Below, piece by piece: positions 25,372 through 34,248 of a stretch of 57,448 nucleotides of DNA (positions within the stretch are counted from its first letter, which is position 1; every line of letters begins with the position of its first letter). The translations under genes and the position numbers were made by a program. The stretch comes from an uncultured Pirellulales bacterium (GTDB lineage Bacteria; Planctomycetota; Phycisphaerae; Sedimentisphaerales; Anaerobacaceae): contig CAYSBK010000001.1 of assembly GCA_964429265.1 (NCBI GenBank), positions 1 to 57,448 of the forward strand, read 5' to 3'. Under the pieces are notes generated by a model. It made no database searches. It saw only the letters and a program-made list of their open reading frames with translations, and was not told the DNA's origin.

Positions 25372-27180
25372 ATGGCGGCTCACAAAGGCCGGCAGCCGCA
25401 ACAGATGGTGTTTGAGTTTGAAGACGGACCGGGGAAAAGCGTTTTGGCCAAGGTAAAGACGAAAAAGAAACAGAAAAAGGTCAAGCCTGGAAGGAGAACC
25501 GCCAAAAGTGGTAGCCCAGCGACCCGTCGGGCCGCGAAAAAGAAGAAAACAGCATCGCGGCGAGCCGGCAGCCCGGGCCGCAGGGCCCGACGAACGGCCA
25601 CGGAGCCTGCTACTATCGCAGAGGCTATGGCCGCACAGCAACGTGCGATAAGCATCAGCGAGTTCTTTGCAAAGAACCGACACCTTCTGGGCTTCGACAA
25701 TCCGCGAAAGGCGCTTCTTACCACTGCCAAGGAGGCTGTTGATAACTCGCTCGATGCCTGTGAGGAGGGGCGCATCCTGCCGGAGCTGGTGATAAAGATA
25801 GAGCCACTGGCCGAGAACAAGTTCAGGCTCACTGTCAGGGACAACGGCCCCGGCATCGTCAAACAGCAGATACCCAACATCTTCGCCCGCCTGCTATACG
25901 GCAGCAAGTTCCACAGCCTCAGGATGAGCCGGGGCCAGCAGGGTATCGGCATATCGGCAGCGGGTATGTACGGCTTGCTCACGACGGGTGAGCCGGTGCA
26001 GATTATCTCCCGCACCGACCCCCGTAAGAAAGCACATCATTATCACGTGCAGATCGATACAACAAGAAACCGACCGGAGGTTGTGCTCGACGAGGAATGC
26101 GATTTCGAACTTCGAACCGGGACAAGGGTTACGATAACACTCGAGGGCAGGTACCAGCGAGGCCGGCAGTCGGTTGATGAGTACATTGCCCAGACGGCAA
26201 TGGCCAATCCACACGCCTCAATCTATTACGAGGCACCCGACGGCAGCAAGTACGACTATCCACGACAGACGAACGAGCTTCCGCCGAGCCCGAGGCAGAT
26301 AAAGCCGCACCCGTACGGCGTGGAGCTGGGGCTTCTGTACAAGATGGCCAGGGAAAGCCAGTTCAAGCAGTTGTCAGCCTTCCTGCAGAATGAGTTTTCC
26401 CGCGTCAGCGGGCGGGTTGCCAACCAAATCTGCGAAAAGGCAAAGCTCCGCAAGACGCTGAGGCCTTCGAAGATGACGCTGAAGCAGGCCGAGGCACTGC
26501 ATTCGGCTATAAGCAGCACCAAGATTATGGCGCCTTCGACGAACTGCATCCAGCCCATCGGCAGCGAGGCGCTTCAGCAGGGCCTCAAACGCGTGGTGAA
26601 AGCGGACTTTTACACGGCCTGCACTCGCAGTCCGGCCGTTTATCGCGGCAACCCGTTTCTGATTGAGGCGGCGCTGGCCTACGGGTTCAAGAGCAACGGC
26701 AACGGCGGCGGCACAAATGACTCCGAGCCGATGATGCGCCTGATACGGATTGCGAACCGCGTGCCCCTGCTCTACCAGCAGTCGGCCTGCGCGATTCACA
26801 AGGCGGTGCTGGATATCAACTGGCGCAACTACGCGCTGAGCCAGAGCAGAGGGGCACTGCCCAGCGGCCCGGTGGTACTTATGGTCCACGTTGCATCGGT
26901 GTGGGTCCCGTTTACTTCCGAAAGCAAGGAAGCAATCGCCCATTACCCGGAGATCACCAAGGAGATACAACTTGCCGTGCAGGAATGCGGCAGAAAACTG
27001 GGGGCGTACCTGCGAAAAAAAAGACGTATCCAGCAGGAAATGGAAAAGCGAAGATACATTGAGACCTACCTGCCCTACATCGGCGAGGCCCTGCAGCACA
27101 TCCTGTCGCTGAAGCAAAGACAGGTCGATACGCTTATCTCCAGGCTCAAAAAGGTCCTCGAAAGGTCACGAAAGGTCTGA
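25372..27180 (+). CDS. top6B: DNA topoisomerase VI subunit B (GHKL ATPase plus transducer)
   Basis: SEFFAKNRHLLGFDNPRKALLTTAKEAVDNSLDA (Bergerat N-box), DNGPGI (G1) and GQQGIGIS (G2). A long transducer region closely parallels archaeal Top6B. The start is uncertain: ATG 25372 adds a K/R-rich 85-aa tail, while ATG 25627 gives an archaeal-like N-terminus. Confidence 0.85.
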   Translation: MAAHKGRQPQQMVFEFEDGPGKSVLAKVKTKKKQKKVKPGRRTAKSGSPATRRAAKKKKTASRRAGSPGRRARRTATEPATIAEAMAAQQRAISISEFFAKNRHLLGFDNPRKALLTTAKEAVDNSLDACEEGRILPELVIKIEPLAENKFRLTVRDNGPGIVKQQIPNIFARLLYGSKFHSLRMSRGQQGIGISAAGMYGLLTTGEPVQIISRTDPRKKAHHYHVQIDTTRNRPEVVLDEECDFELRTGTRVTITLEGRYQRGRQSVDEYIAQTAMANPHASIYYEAPDGSKYDYPRQTNELPPSPRQIKPHPYGVELGLLYKMARESQFKQLSAFLQNEFSRVSGRVANQICEKAKLRKTLRPSKMTLKQAEALHSAISSTKIMAPSTNCIQPIGSEALQQGLKRVVKADFYTACTRSPAVYRGNPFLIEAALAYGFKSNGNGGGTNDSEPMMRLIRIANRVPLLYQQSACAIHKAVLDINWRNYALSQSRGALPSGPVVLMVHVASVWVPFTSESKEAIAHYPEITKEIQLAVQECGRKLGAYLRKKRRIQQEMEKRRYIETYLPYIGEALQHILSLKQRQVDTLISRLKKVLERSRKV

Positions 27181-27197
27181 CCACGGAGCCGGCTGCT

Positions 27198-28571
27198 ATG
27201 TCACAAGCGCTGAAAATAACGGTCAGCGGACTGCGTGGAATCGTAGGGCAGGGCCTTACCGCAGAGGTCGCGCTGAACTACGGCTCGGCTTTCGGGGCGT
27301 TCCTGAACAGCTGCAGCAGCACCACGCAACCGCTGAAAGTGTGCGTCGGCAAGGATTCAAGGCCCAGCGGTGCGATGCTGGGCGCGGCGGTGACGGCCGG
27401 GTTGTGCCAGGTGGGCGTCGATGTTCTGGATTTGGGGGTCGTAACCACGCCCGGGGTGGCGGTTATGGTTGGTGAACTGAGCTGTGCGGGCGGGGTGGTA
27501 GTGACGGCCTCACACAATGGGCCCGAGTACAACGGCATCAAACTGCTGATGGAAGATTGCGCGGCCCCGCCCGGCGAGGTTGCCGAGCAGATAAAGCAGG
27601 GCTTTTTGCGTAAGGATTTCGAGCCGGCCAGTTCGCAGAGCTGTGGGACGGTTGGCTGTACGGACCGAACCGACGAGGTGCACATCGCCAGGGTGTTGGG
27701 CATAGTCGACAGGCAGAAGATCGCAGGGCGAAGCTTCCGAGTTGTGCTGGATAGCGTCAACGGGGCCGGGGGACGCGTGGCGGGTAAGCTGCTGGGGGAG
27801 CTGGGCTGCCGGGTTACCGCGGTCAACGCTGAGCCGACCGGCGATTTCGCCCATCCACCGGAACCGACAGCCGAAAACCTCACCCAGCTCTGTCGCCAAG
27901 TTGCGGCGACATCGGCCGACGTTGGTTTCGCCCAAGACCCTGACGGTGACAGGCTGGCCATAGTAGATGAGAACGGTACATACGTAGGCGAAGAATACAC
28001 GCTTGTGCTGGCCGCGAAGAATATCTTCAGCAAAAGAGCCGGAGCCGCCGCGACAAATCTTTCGACCTCCCGGATGATCGATGATGTGGCCGAGGCGTGT
28101 GGCTGCCGCGTTATCCGCACCGCCGTCGGCGAAGCCAACGTCGCCCGCGCGATGCTCCAACATAACTGCACCATCGGCGGCGAAGGCAACGGCGGCGTTA
28201 TCGACCTGCGCGTGAGTCCGGTTCGGGACAGTCTGGTTGCAATGGCGCTTGTACTGGAGCTTATGGCCGATAGCGGAAGGCCAATAAGCCAACTGGTCGC
28301 AGAGGTTCCTCGTTACTACATGGAGAAAGCGAAGTTTCCGGCCGACGAACAGCAAGCCAACAGATTCCTGCAGGTGGCGACCGAGAAATTTTCGACCGCC
28401 AGGCTCGATACGACCGACGGCTGCAGATTCGATTTCGAAGACGGCTGGTTGCACATAAGGGCCAGTAACACCGAGCCGGTTGTGCGGGTCATCGTTGAGG
28501 CCAGGGACAAACAGGCTGTCGAGAAATACCTGCATACCGTCGGAGAGATTCGCAAAGGCCTGGACGGCTGA
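27198..28571 (+). CDS. alpha-D-phosphohexomutase (phosphoglucosamine / phosphomannomutase family)
   Basis: Active-site TASHNGPEYNGIK, metal loop DPDGDR, and GGEGNGG sugar-binding loop. Confidence 0.85.
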   Translation: MSQALKITVSGLRGIVGQGLTAEVALNYGSAFGAFLNSCSSTTQPLKVCVGKDSRPSGAMLGAAVTAGLCQVGVDVLDLGVVTTPGVAVMVGELSCAGGVVVTASHNGPEYNGIKLLMEDCAAPPGEVAEQIKQGFLRKDFEPASSQSCGTVGCTDRTDEVHIARVLGIVDRQKIAGRSFRVVLDSVNGAGGRVAGKLLGELGCRVTAVNAEPTGDFAHPPEPTAENLTQLCRQVAATSADVGFAQDPDGDRLAIVDENGTYVGEEYTLVLAAKNIFSKRAGAAATNLSTSRMIDDVAEACGCRVIRTAVGEANVARAMLQHNCTIGGEGNGGVIDLRVSPVRDSLVAMALVLELMADSGRPISQLVAEVPRYYMEKAKFPADEQQANRFLQVATEKFSTARLDTTDGCRFDFEDGWLHIRASNTEPVVRVIVEARDKQAVEKYLHTVGEIRKGLDG

Positions 28572-28577
28572 AGAAAA

Positions 28578-29504
28578 ATGAACAGCGAAAAGTTCGAAAC
28601 CTCGAACCGCCAGATAAGGTTCATCACCAAGGTGGGGATCCTCGGCAACGTGGTCCTGTCGGTGGTGAAAGTGGTCGTCGGTGTCACTGCCGGTTCGATC
28701 TCGCTGGTGGCGGACGGCGTTCATTCGGCCTCCGATATGGCCACGGACTTCGCGGTGCTGATCGGAACCCATCTGGGTTGCAGACAACCGGACGAAAGGC
28801 ACCCATACGGGCACGGGCGGATTGAAACCCTTGCCGCGGCATTTATCGGCGTGGTGCTGGCGGCGGTGGGTTGCGGGATGATTTATCGAGCGGCTAAGGA
28901 TATCGCCGCCGGACACATTGTGACGCCGCGATTTATCGTGTTGTGGGTTGCCGGGTTGTCGATCCTCATCAAGGAGCTGTTATATAGGCTGACAAGGACC
29001 GTTGCCATTCGTACGCACAGTTCCGCGCTTTATGCAAACGCCTGGCACCACCGCTCCGATGCGATGAGCTCGGTGGCGGTGGTCGTGGGCTTCATATCCG
29101 AGCGGTTGGGTTTCATATACGGCGACCAGCTGGCAGCAGTGGCGGTAGGGTTGATGATTGTACTGGTGGCGGTCAGAGTGCTGGGTGACTGCCTGCGCGA
29201 GTTTACCGAGACAGCCACCGACCCAAAAACTATCGAGCACATAAAGAGCATCATCAGCCGGAACAAGCAGGTCCGCCAGTGGCACAAACTGAGGACCCGC
29301 ATGGTAGGCAGGGAAATATTCCTCGACCTTCACATCCTGGTCGAGCCGGAACTTACCGTTGCAGCGGCCCACGGGATAGCCGAAAAGCTTGAGCAAACCC
29401 TTCATCAGGAACTGGCCCGCCCGGCCAACATTATGATTCACATAGAACCCGACACCCCGCAGATGCGGGAAGTATCGGCCTCGGACCGCACCGAGCGCCA
29501 TTGA
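28578..29504 (+). CDS. cation diffusion facilitator (CDF) family metal efflux transporter
   Basis: Six TM helices with HSASDMATD and HHRSDAMSS metal-site motifs and a C-terminal cytoplasmic domain. Confidence 0.85.
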   Translation: MNSEKFETSNRQIRFITKVGILGNVVLSVVKVVVGVTAGSISLVADGVHSASDMATDFAVLIGTHLGCRQPDERHPYGHGRIETLAAAFIGVVLAAVGCGMIYRAAKDIAAGHIVTPRFIVLWVAGLSILIKELLYRLTRTVAIRTHSSALYANAWHHRSDAMSSVAVVVGFISERLGFIYGDQLAAVAVGLMIVLVAVRVLGDCLREFTETATDPKTIEHIKSIISRNKQVRQWHKLRTRMVGREIFLDLHILVEPELTVAAAHGIAEKLEQTLHQELARPANIMIHIEPDTPQMREVSASDRTERH

Positions 29505-29519
29505 TACGCGACCGGTACT

Positions 29520-29882
29520 TTAGCAGCCCTGGTCTGCCGACAGCAGCCATCGGTCGCCGCTGATGTGGTCGAGCGTAATCGTTGCCTTGAGGGTGCCGCC
29601 CTGCAATTGTAGCCTGAGTTGTCGGTCGGATTCACTTAGTGGCTCGTAGGTACCCTGCTCCACCCGTTGTATCCGGCCGAAACCATCGTTGACGATGCCT
29701 TGGTAGCTGAGGAATCTCAACGGATGGTCAAATATTCTGACCGCCTCGGCGGTTGCGGATGCCCATTGCTGCGGCGGCACGTTCACCCGGTAGGTCCGAA
29801 GCGCATCACCAACCTCCAACATCAGGTCCCAGTGGACCTGCTGTTGCTGCCTGCTGTGGCGGTGGATAACAAACCGTTTCAT
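29520..29882 (-). CDS. stand-alone LigD 3'-phosphoesterase-like (LigD_N) domain protein
   Basis: FVIHRHSRQQQQVHWDLMLEVGDALRTYRV resembles the FV.QKH....HYDFRLE..G.L.SWAVP core of the LigD PE domain. About 120 aa from ATG 29882. Confidence 0.6.
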   Translation of the reverse strand: MKRFVIHRHSRQQQQVHWDLMLEVGDALRTYRVNVPPQQWASATAEAVRIFDHPLRFLSYQGIVNDGFGRIQRVEQGTYEPLSESDRQLRLQLQGGTLKATITLDHISGDRWLLSADQGC

Positions 29883-30007
29883 CACCAAAGTACCTGCTAT
29901 ACCAAGAGGCGCTGACCGGGGTGCCCTCAAAAAACGCTTGCAAGGGCGCCGCTATCACAATATCTTAGGGTCTCCAATCGGGATTGCAAAAGTTAGCTGG
30001 GGTTGCT

Positions 30008-32113
30008 ATGGGTTTCGAAGATTTTCTCGATCCGAAATCGGTTGCCGTGGTTGGTGCCTCCCGACACCAGGGCAGGGTAGGCTACGAGGTGCTTGCGAAT
30101 CTCGTCAAAAGCGGGTACGGCGGTGCCATATACCCGGTCAATCCCAACGCTGATACCCTGCAGGGGCTTAAGTGTTACCCCGACATAGTGTCGATCGGAC
30201 AAACACCGGAGCTGGTCGTGGTCGTAGTTGCAGCCAAGCGAACCCCGCAGGTGATGGAACAATGCGCCCGGGTAGGGACCAAGTGTGTCATCATTATCAC
30301 CGCCGGTTTCAAAGAAACGGGCAGCGAAGGAGAAAAACTGCAGGCCAGGTTGTTGCAAATCGCCAAGCGAGCCGGCATCAGAATCCTGGGCCCGAATTCC
30401 TTGGGTGTGCTGGTTCCGGCAAGAAAACTCAACGCCAGTTTCGGCGGAGATTTGCCCGCAGCCGGTTCTGTCGGCTACATCTCGCAGTCAGGAGCGCTTC
30501 TGGCGGCGATCATCGACATCGCAAATGCCACCGGCACCGGCTTTAGCATCATGGTCAGCATCGGCAACAAGGCTGATATCGACGAGCTGGACGTTCTCAG
30601 GGTTCTCGGCAACGACCAGGCCACCGGGGTTATCGCCGGGTACCTCGAGAGTATCAACGACGGCAACGCGTTCGTCAGGGAAGCGGAACGGATATCGCGA
30701 GACAAGCCCATATTGCTGGTCAAGTCGGGCATCACCTCGGCCGGTGCCCGTGCGGTGCGCTCGCACACCGGAAGTCTCGCCGGCACTGATGCCGCCTACG
30801 AGTGCGTATTTGAGCGGGCGGGAATCATCCGATGCGACTCGATAAAGTCACAACTGAACTATGCGAGGGCTTTTACCGGCCGGTCGCTGCCCAAGGGCCG
30901 ACGTGTGGCCATCGTTACCAACGCCGGCGGGGCGGGGATTATGGCCGCCGACTACGTCGAACGCCAGGGGTTGGTTATGGCCGAGTTTTCCCAGCAGACC
31001 CTCAAGAGATTATCAGCGGTGCTGCCGACGGCGGCAAGCCTGCACAACCCCGTTGATATTCTCTGCGACGCGCTGGCAGACCGGTATGCACTGGCACTGC
31101 AAGCTGTGCTCGACGATGCAAACGTGGATATGGTGCTTGTATTGATGACCCCACAGGCTATGACGCAGGCAGCAGCGACTGCAAGGTCCGTCGTGGAGTT
31201 GTGGAGGCAGACGGACAAGCTGATCTTAGCCAGTTTCTTGGGAGCCCGGAAGGTACAGGAAGGGGCCTGCATTCTGCAAAGAGCGGGCGTGCCGTACTAT
31301 GACAGTCCGGAGGAGGCTGTTGCGGCCGCCCGGATTGTCGCTCAATACGTCGACTGGCGGAACAGGCCGAGGCGGGTGGTAAGATACTTCCCCGTTAATC
31401 GCAGAAAAGTCGAGACGATACTGGACAAACACAAAAGACGCGGCAGCACGCAGATCGGCGAGATCGAGGCGAAAGAGATACTCGAGGCCTACGGGTTTGC
31501 GGTGCCCACCGCCGCGGTTGCCACGACGGCCGAGCAGGCTGCCAACATCGCGGAAGAAATTGGTTTTCCGGTGGCATTGAAGATATGGTCGCCCGAGATA
31601 ATCCACAAAATGGATGTCGGGGGAGTGAAGCTCGGCCTCAAGACGGGGCAGGAGGTTATGGATGCCTTCGACCTTATGATGTACAGGATTCCGAAGCTCG
31701 CGCCTCAGGCCAACATACTGGGCGTGGTGGTGCAGGAAATGATAAGCAGGGGAAAGGAGGTCATCCTCGGGATGTACCGTGACCCACAATGTGGGCCGGT
31801 TATGATGTTCGGAATGGGCGGAACGATGGTGGAGGTGCTCAGCGACGTCTCGTTTTACCTGGCGCCGCTGACGGCCGAAGAGGCAAGGCAGATGCTGGTC
31901 GCAACCAAAACCTACCGGATGCTCAGGGGGCTGCGGGGCGAACAGCCGGTGGACATCGATGCGATTGCCGAAGCGCTGCAGAGACTTTCGCAACTTGCCA
32001 CCGAGTTTCCGCAGATCCAGCAGATGGACATAAATCCCTTCGCGGTAGGTCCGAAGGGAACCACACCCGTGGCTGTTGACGCCAGAATCAGCCTCGAAAC
32101 CGGCCAATCATAG
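30008..32113 (+). CDS. ADP-forming acetyl-CoA (acyl-CoA) synthetase, fused alpha-beta type, paralog 1
   Basis: CoA-binding N-terminus (SVAVVGASRHQGRVG) and phosphohistidine loop SHTGSLAG. Ligase-CoA domain and C-terminal ATP-grasp (GFPVALKIWSPEIIHKMDVGGV). Confidence 0.85.
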   Translation: MGFEDFLDPKSVAVVGASRHQGRVGYEVLANLVKSGYGGAIYPVNPNADTLQGLKCYPDIVSIGQTPELVVVVVAAKRTPQVMEQCARVGTKCVIIITAGFKETGSEGEKLQARLLQIAKRAGIRILGPNSLGVLVPARKLNASFGGDLPAAGSVGYISQSGALLAAIIDIANATGTGFSIMVSIGNKADIDELDVLRVLGNDQATGVIAGYLESINDGNAFVREAERISRDKPILLVKSGITSAGARAVRSHTGSLAGTDAAYECVFERAGIIRCDSIKSQLNYARAFTGRSLPKGRRVAIVTNAGGAGIMAADYVERQGLVMAEFSQQTLKRLSAVLPTAASLHNPVDILCDALADRYALALQAVLDDANVDMVLVLMTPQAMTQAAATARSVVELWRQTDKLILASFLGARKVQEGACILQRAGVPYYDSPEEAVAAARIVAQYVDWRNRPRRVVRYFPVNRRKVETILDKHKRRGSTQIGEIEAKEILEAYGFAVPTAAVATTAEQAANIAEEIGFPVALKIWSPEIIHKMDVGGVKLGLKTGQEVMDAFDLMMYRIPKLAPQANILGVVVQEMISRGKEVILGMYRDPQCGPVMMFGMGGTMVEVLSDVSFYLAPLTAEEARQMLVATKTYRMLRGLRGEQPVDIDAIAEALQRLSQLATEFPQIQQMDINPFAVGPKGTTPVAVDARISLETGQS

Positions 32114-32132
32114 CTGCGATGTGGAGCGACTT

Positions 32133-34244
32133 ATGAGCCTCGAAGTTTTTTTTAATCCGAAGTCGACCGCCGTTGTTGGTGCTTCGCGCCACAAGGGCAA
32201 AGTGGGATATGAAATCATAGCGAATATGATACGCGCCGGCTACGCGGGAAAGCTGTGGCCGATAAACCCGAAGGCAGACCAGATTGAAGGCCTTAAGTGT
32301 TTTCCAGACCTTCGCTCGTTGCCGGAGGTGCCGGAGCTTGTGGTCATAGTGGTGCCCGCCCCGGCCGTACCAGAGGTAATGCAGCAGTGTGCCGATGTCG
32401 GTGTGAAAGCCGTGATTATCATTACGGCCGGCTTCAAGGAAGTAGGGCGACACGGCCGTGAACTTGAACAGCGGGTGGTCCAGATCGCACGGCAGGCCGG
32501 AATACGGGTCATAGGGCCGAACTGTTTGGGCGTGATAGTGCCTGCAAGCAAACTGAACGCCAGTTTCGCTGCGGAGATGCCACGGTGCGGCAACATCGCG
32601 TACCTGTCGCAGTCTGGGGCGCTGCTGACGGCTATCCTGGACATCGCCGTCGCCAACGACATAGGCTTCAGCAAACTTGTCAGCATCGGAAACAAGGCGG
32701 ATGTTGACGAACTCGACATCATAGAGGCTCTTGCCGAGGACGATGATACCCGGGTAATTGCCGGCTACCTCGAGAGCGTCTCGCAGGGTGATGCATTTGT
32801 GCGACAGGCTGAGCAGATATCACACAGCAAGCCGATATTGCTGATGAAGTCGGGCGGCACGGGCGCCGGCGCAAAGGCGGCGTCATCGCATACCGGCAGC
32901 CTTGCCGGCAGTGAAACGACGTACGAGGCCGCCTTTGCCCGAGCCGGTGTGGTTCGTTGTGACTCGATCAAGGACCAGTTCGACTACGCTCAGGCCTTTG
33001 CATACCAGCCGTTACCAGAGGGAAACCGCGTTGCGGTCATAACCAATGCAGGCGGACCAGGTATTATGGCGGCCGACGCCGTCGAACGGCAGGGCCTGTC
33101 GTTTGCAAAGTTTTCACAGCAGACCGTTGGGGCGCTTCGAGGCAAGCTGCCTGCTGAGGCCAATCTCTTGAACCCGGTTGACGTTCTCGGTGATGCCCGG
33201 GCCGACCGTTACCAACTGGCGATGGATGCCGTTCTGGCCGACGCCAATGTTGACGCGGTGCTGGTACTGTTGACCCCGCAGGCGATGACCGAGCCGGCGC
33301 GAACGGCGCAGGTGGTGGTCGAATCGGCTGCCGGCGGCGGGTCAAAGCCGGTGCTGGCGTGCTTTCTGGGTGGGGCAAAGGTTGCCGAGGCGTTGAGGAT
33401 ACTGCGGCAGGGTCGTGTCCCCCCGTATGACTCGCCGGAAAGCGCGGTCGCGGCCCTCAAGGCGATGTGCGACTATGCACGATGGCGCCGCAGGCCGAAG
33501 CGCATCGTCAAGCTGTTCGCCGTGAACCGCAGGAAGGTTGAGGCGATAATCGAAAGGCACCTGCGGCAAGGTATAAGAGAGATACCGGAGAGCGAATCGA
33601 AAGAGATACTCGAGGCATACGGCTTTCTTACTCCGAAGGGCGCCGTCGCCACCGACGCCGACCAGGCGGTGGAGATCGCCCGCCAACTCGGTTACCCCGT
33701 GGTGCTGAAGATATGGTCTCCGGACATTCTGCACAAGTCGGATGTCGATGGTGTCCAACTCGGACTTTCGACCGACAAGCAGGTACGTGATGCTTTTGAC
33801 CTTATGATGTACCGAATACCCAAGAAGATGCCCCGGGCGAAGATACTGGGCGTGCTCGTTCAGCAGATGTGCGGCGGCGGCCGGGAAGTGATTCTGGGTA
33901 TGAAGCGGGACCCCCACTTCGGGCCTTTGATGATGTTCGGAATGGGTGGGACGATGGTTGAAGTGCTCAAGGACGTTTCGTTTTACCTGGCGCCGCTGAC
34001 GGCCGAGGAAGCCAAGCAGATGCTCACAAGCACAAGAACGTACAGGATGCTTGAGGGCGTCCGAGGCCAGGAAGGCGTAGATATAGACGCCTTGGCCGAG
34101 GGTCTGCAGCGACTTTCGCAATTGGTGACGGAGTTTCCTCAAATCCAGGAGATGGACATAAATCCGTATATCGTCGGACCGCCCGGCACGACGCCCGTAG
34201 CCGTGGACGCCAGGATAAGCGTCGAGGCAGTTACAAGGGGATAA
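32133..34244 (+). CDS. ADP-forming acetyl-CoA (acyl-CoA) synthetase, fused alpha-beta type, paralog 2
   Basis: Same architecture as paralog 1, and collinear with it along the full length (VVGASRH, IIITAGFKE, SQSGALL, SHTGSLAG, MMFGMGGTMVEVL). It starts 19 nt after paralog 1. Confidence 0.85.
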   Translation: MSLEVFFNPKSTAVVGASRHKGKVGYEIIANMIRAGYAGKLWPINPKADQIEGLKCFPDLRSLPEVPELVVIVVPAPAVPEVMQQCADVGVKAVIIITAGFKEVGRHGRELEQRVVQIARQAGIRVIGPNCLGVIVPASKLNASFAAEMPRCGNIAYLSQSGALLTAILDIAVANDIGFSKLVSIGNKADVDELDIIEALAEDDDTRVIAGYLESVSQGDAFVRQAEQISHSKPILLMKSGGTGAGAKAASSHTGSLAGSETTYEAAFARAGVVRCDSIKDQFDYAQAFAYQPLPEGNRVAVITNAGGPGIMAADAVERQGLSFAKFSQQTVGALRGKLPAEANLLNPVDVLGDARADRYQLAMDAVLADANVDAVLVLLTPQAMTEPARTAQVVVESAAGGGSKPVLACFLGGAKVAEALRILRQGRVPPYDSPESAVAALKAMCDYARWRRRPKRIVKLFAVNRRKVEAIIERHLRQGIREIPESESKEILEAYGFLTPKGAVATDADQAVEIARQLGYPVVLKIWSPDILHKSDVDGVQLGLSTDKQVRDAFDLMMYRIPKKMPRAKILGVLVQQMCGGGREVILGMKRDPHFGPLMMFGMGGTMVEVLKDVSFYLAPLTAEEAKQMLTSTRTYRMLEGVRGQEGVDIDALAEGLQRLSQLVTEFPQIQEMDINPYIVGPPGTTPVAVDARISVEAVTRG

Positions 34245-34248
34245 CGGT

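Noticed and set aside
25372-27180. Alternative reading of the GHKL ATPase as a MutL/GyrB/Hsp90/MORC-type protein, or as part of a defence system.
   Set aside because: The sequence is collinear with archaeal Top6B from the N-terminal strap (SEFFAKNRHLLGFDNP) through the transducer. The neighbours are housekeeping genes, and nothing suggests a defence-island context.
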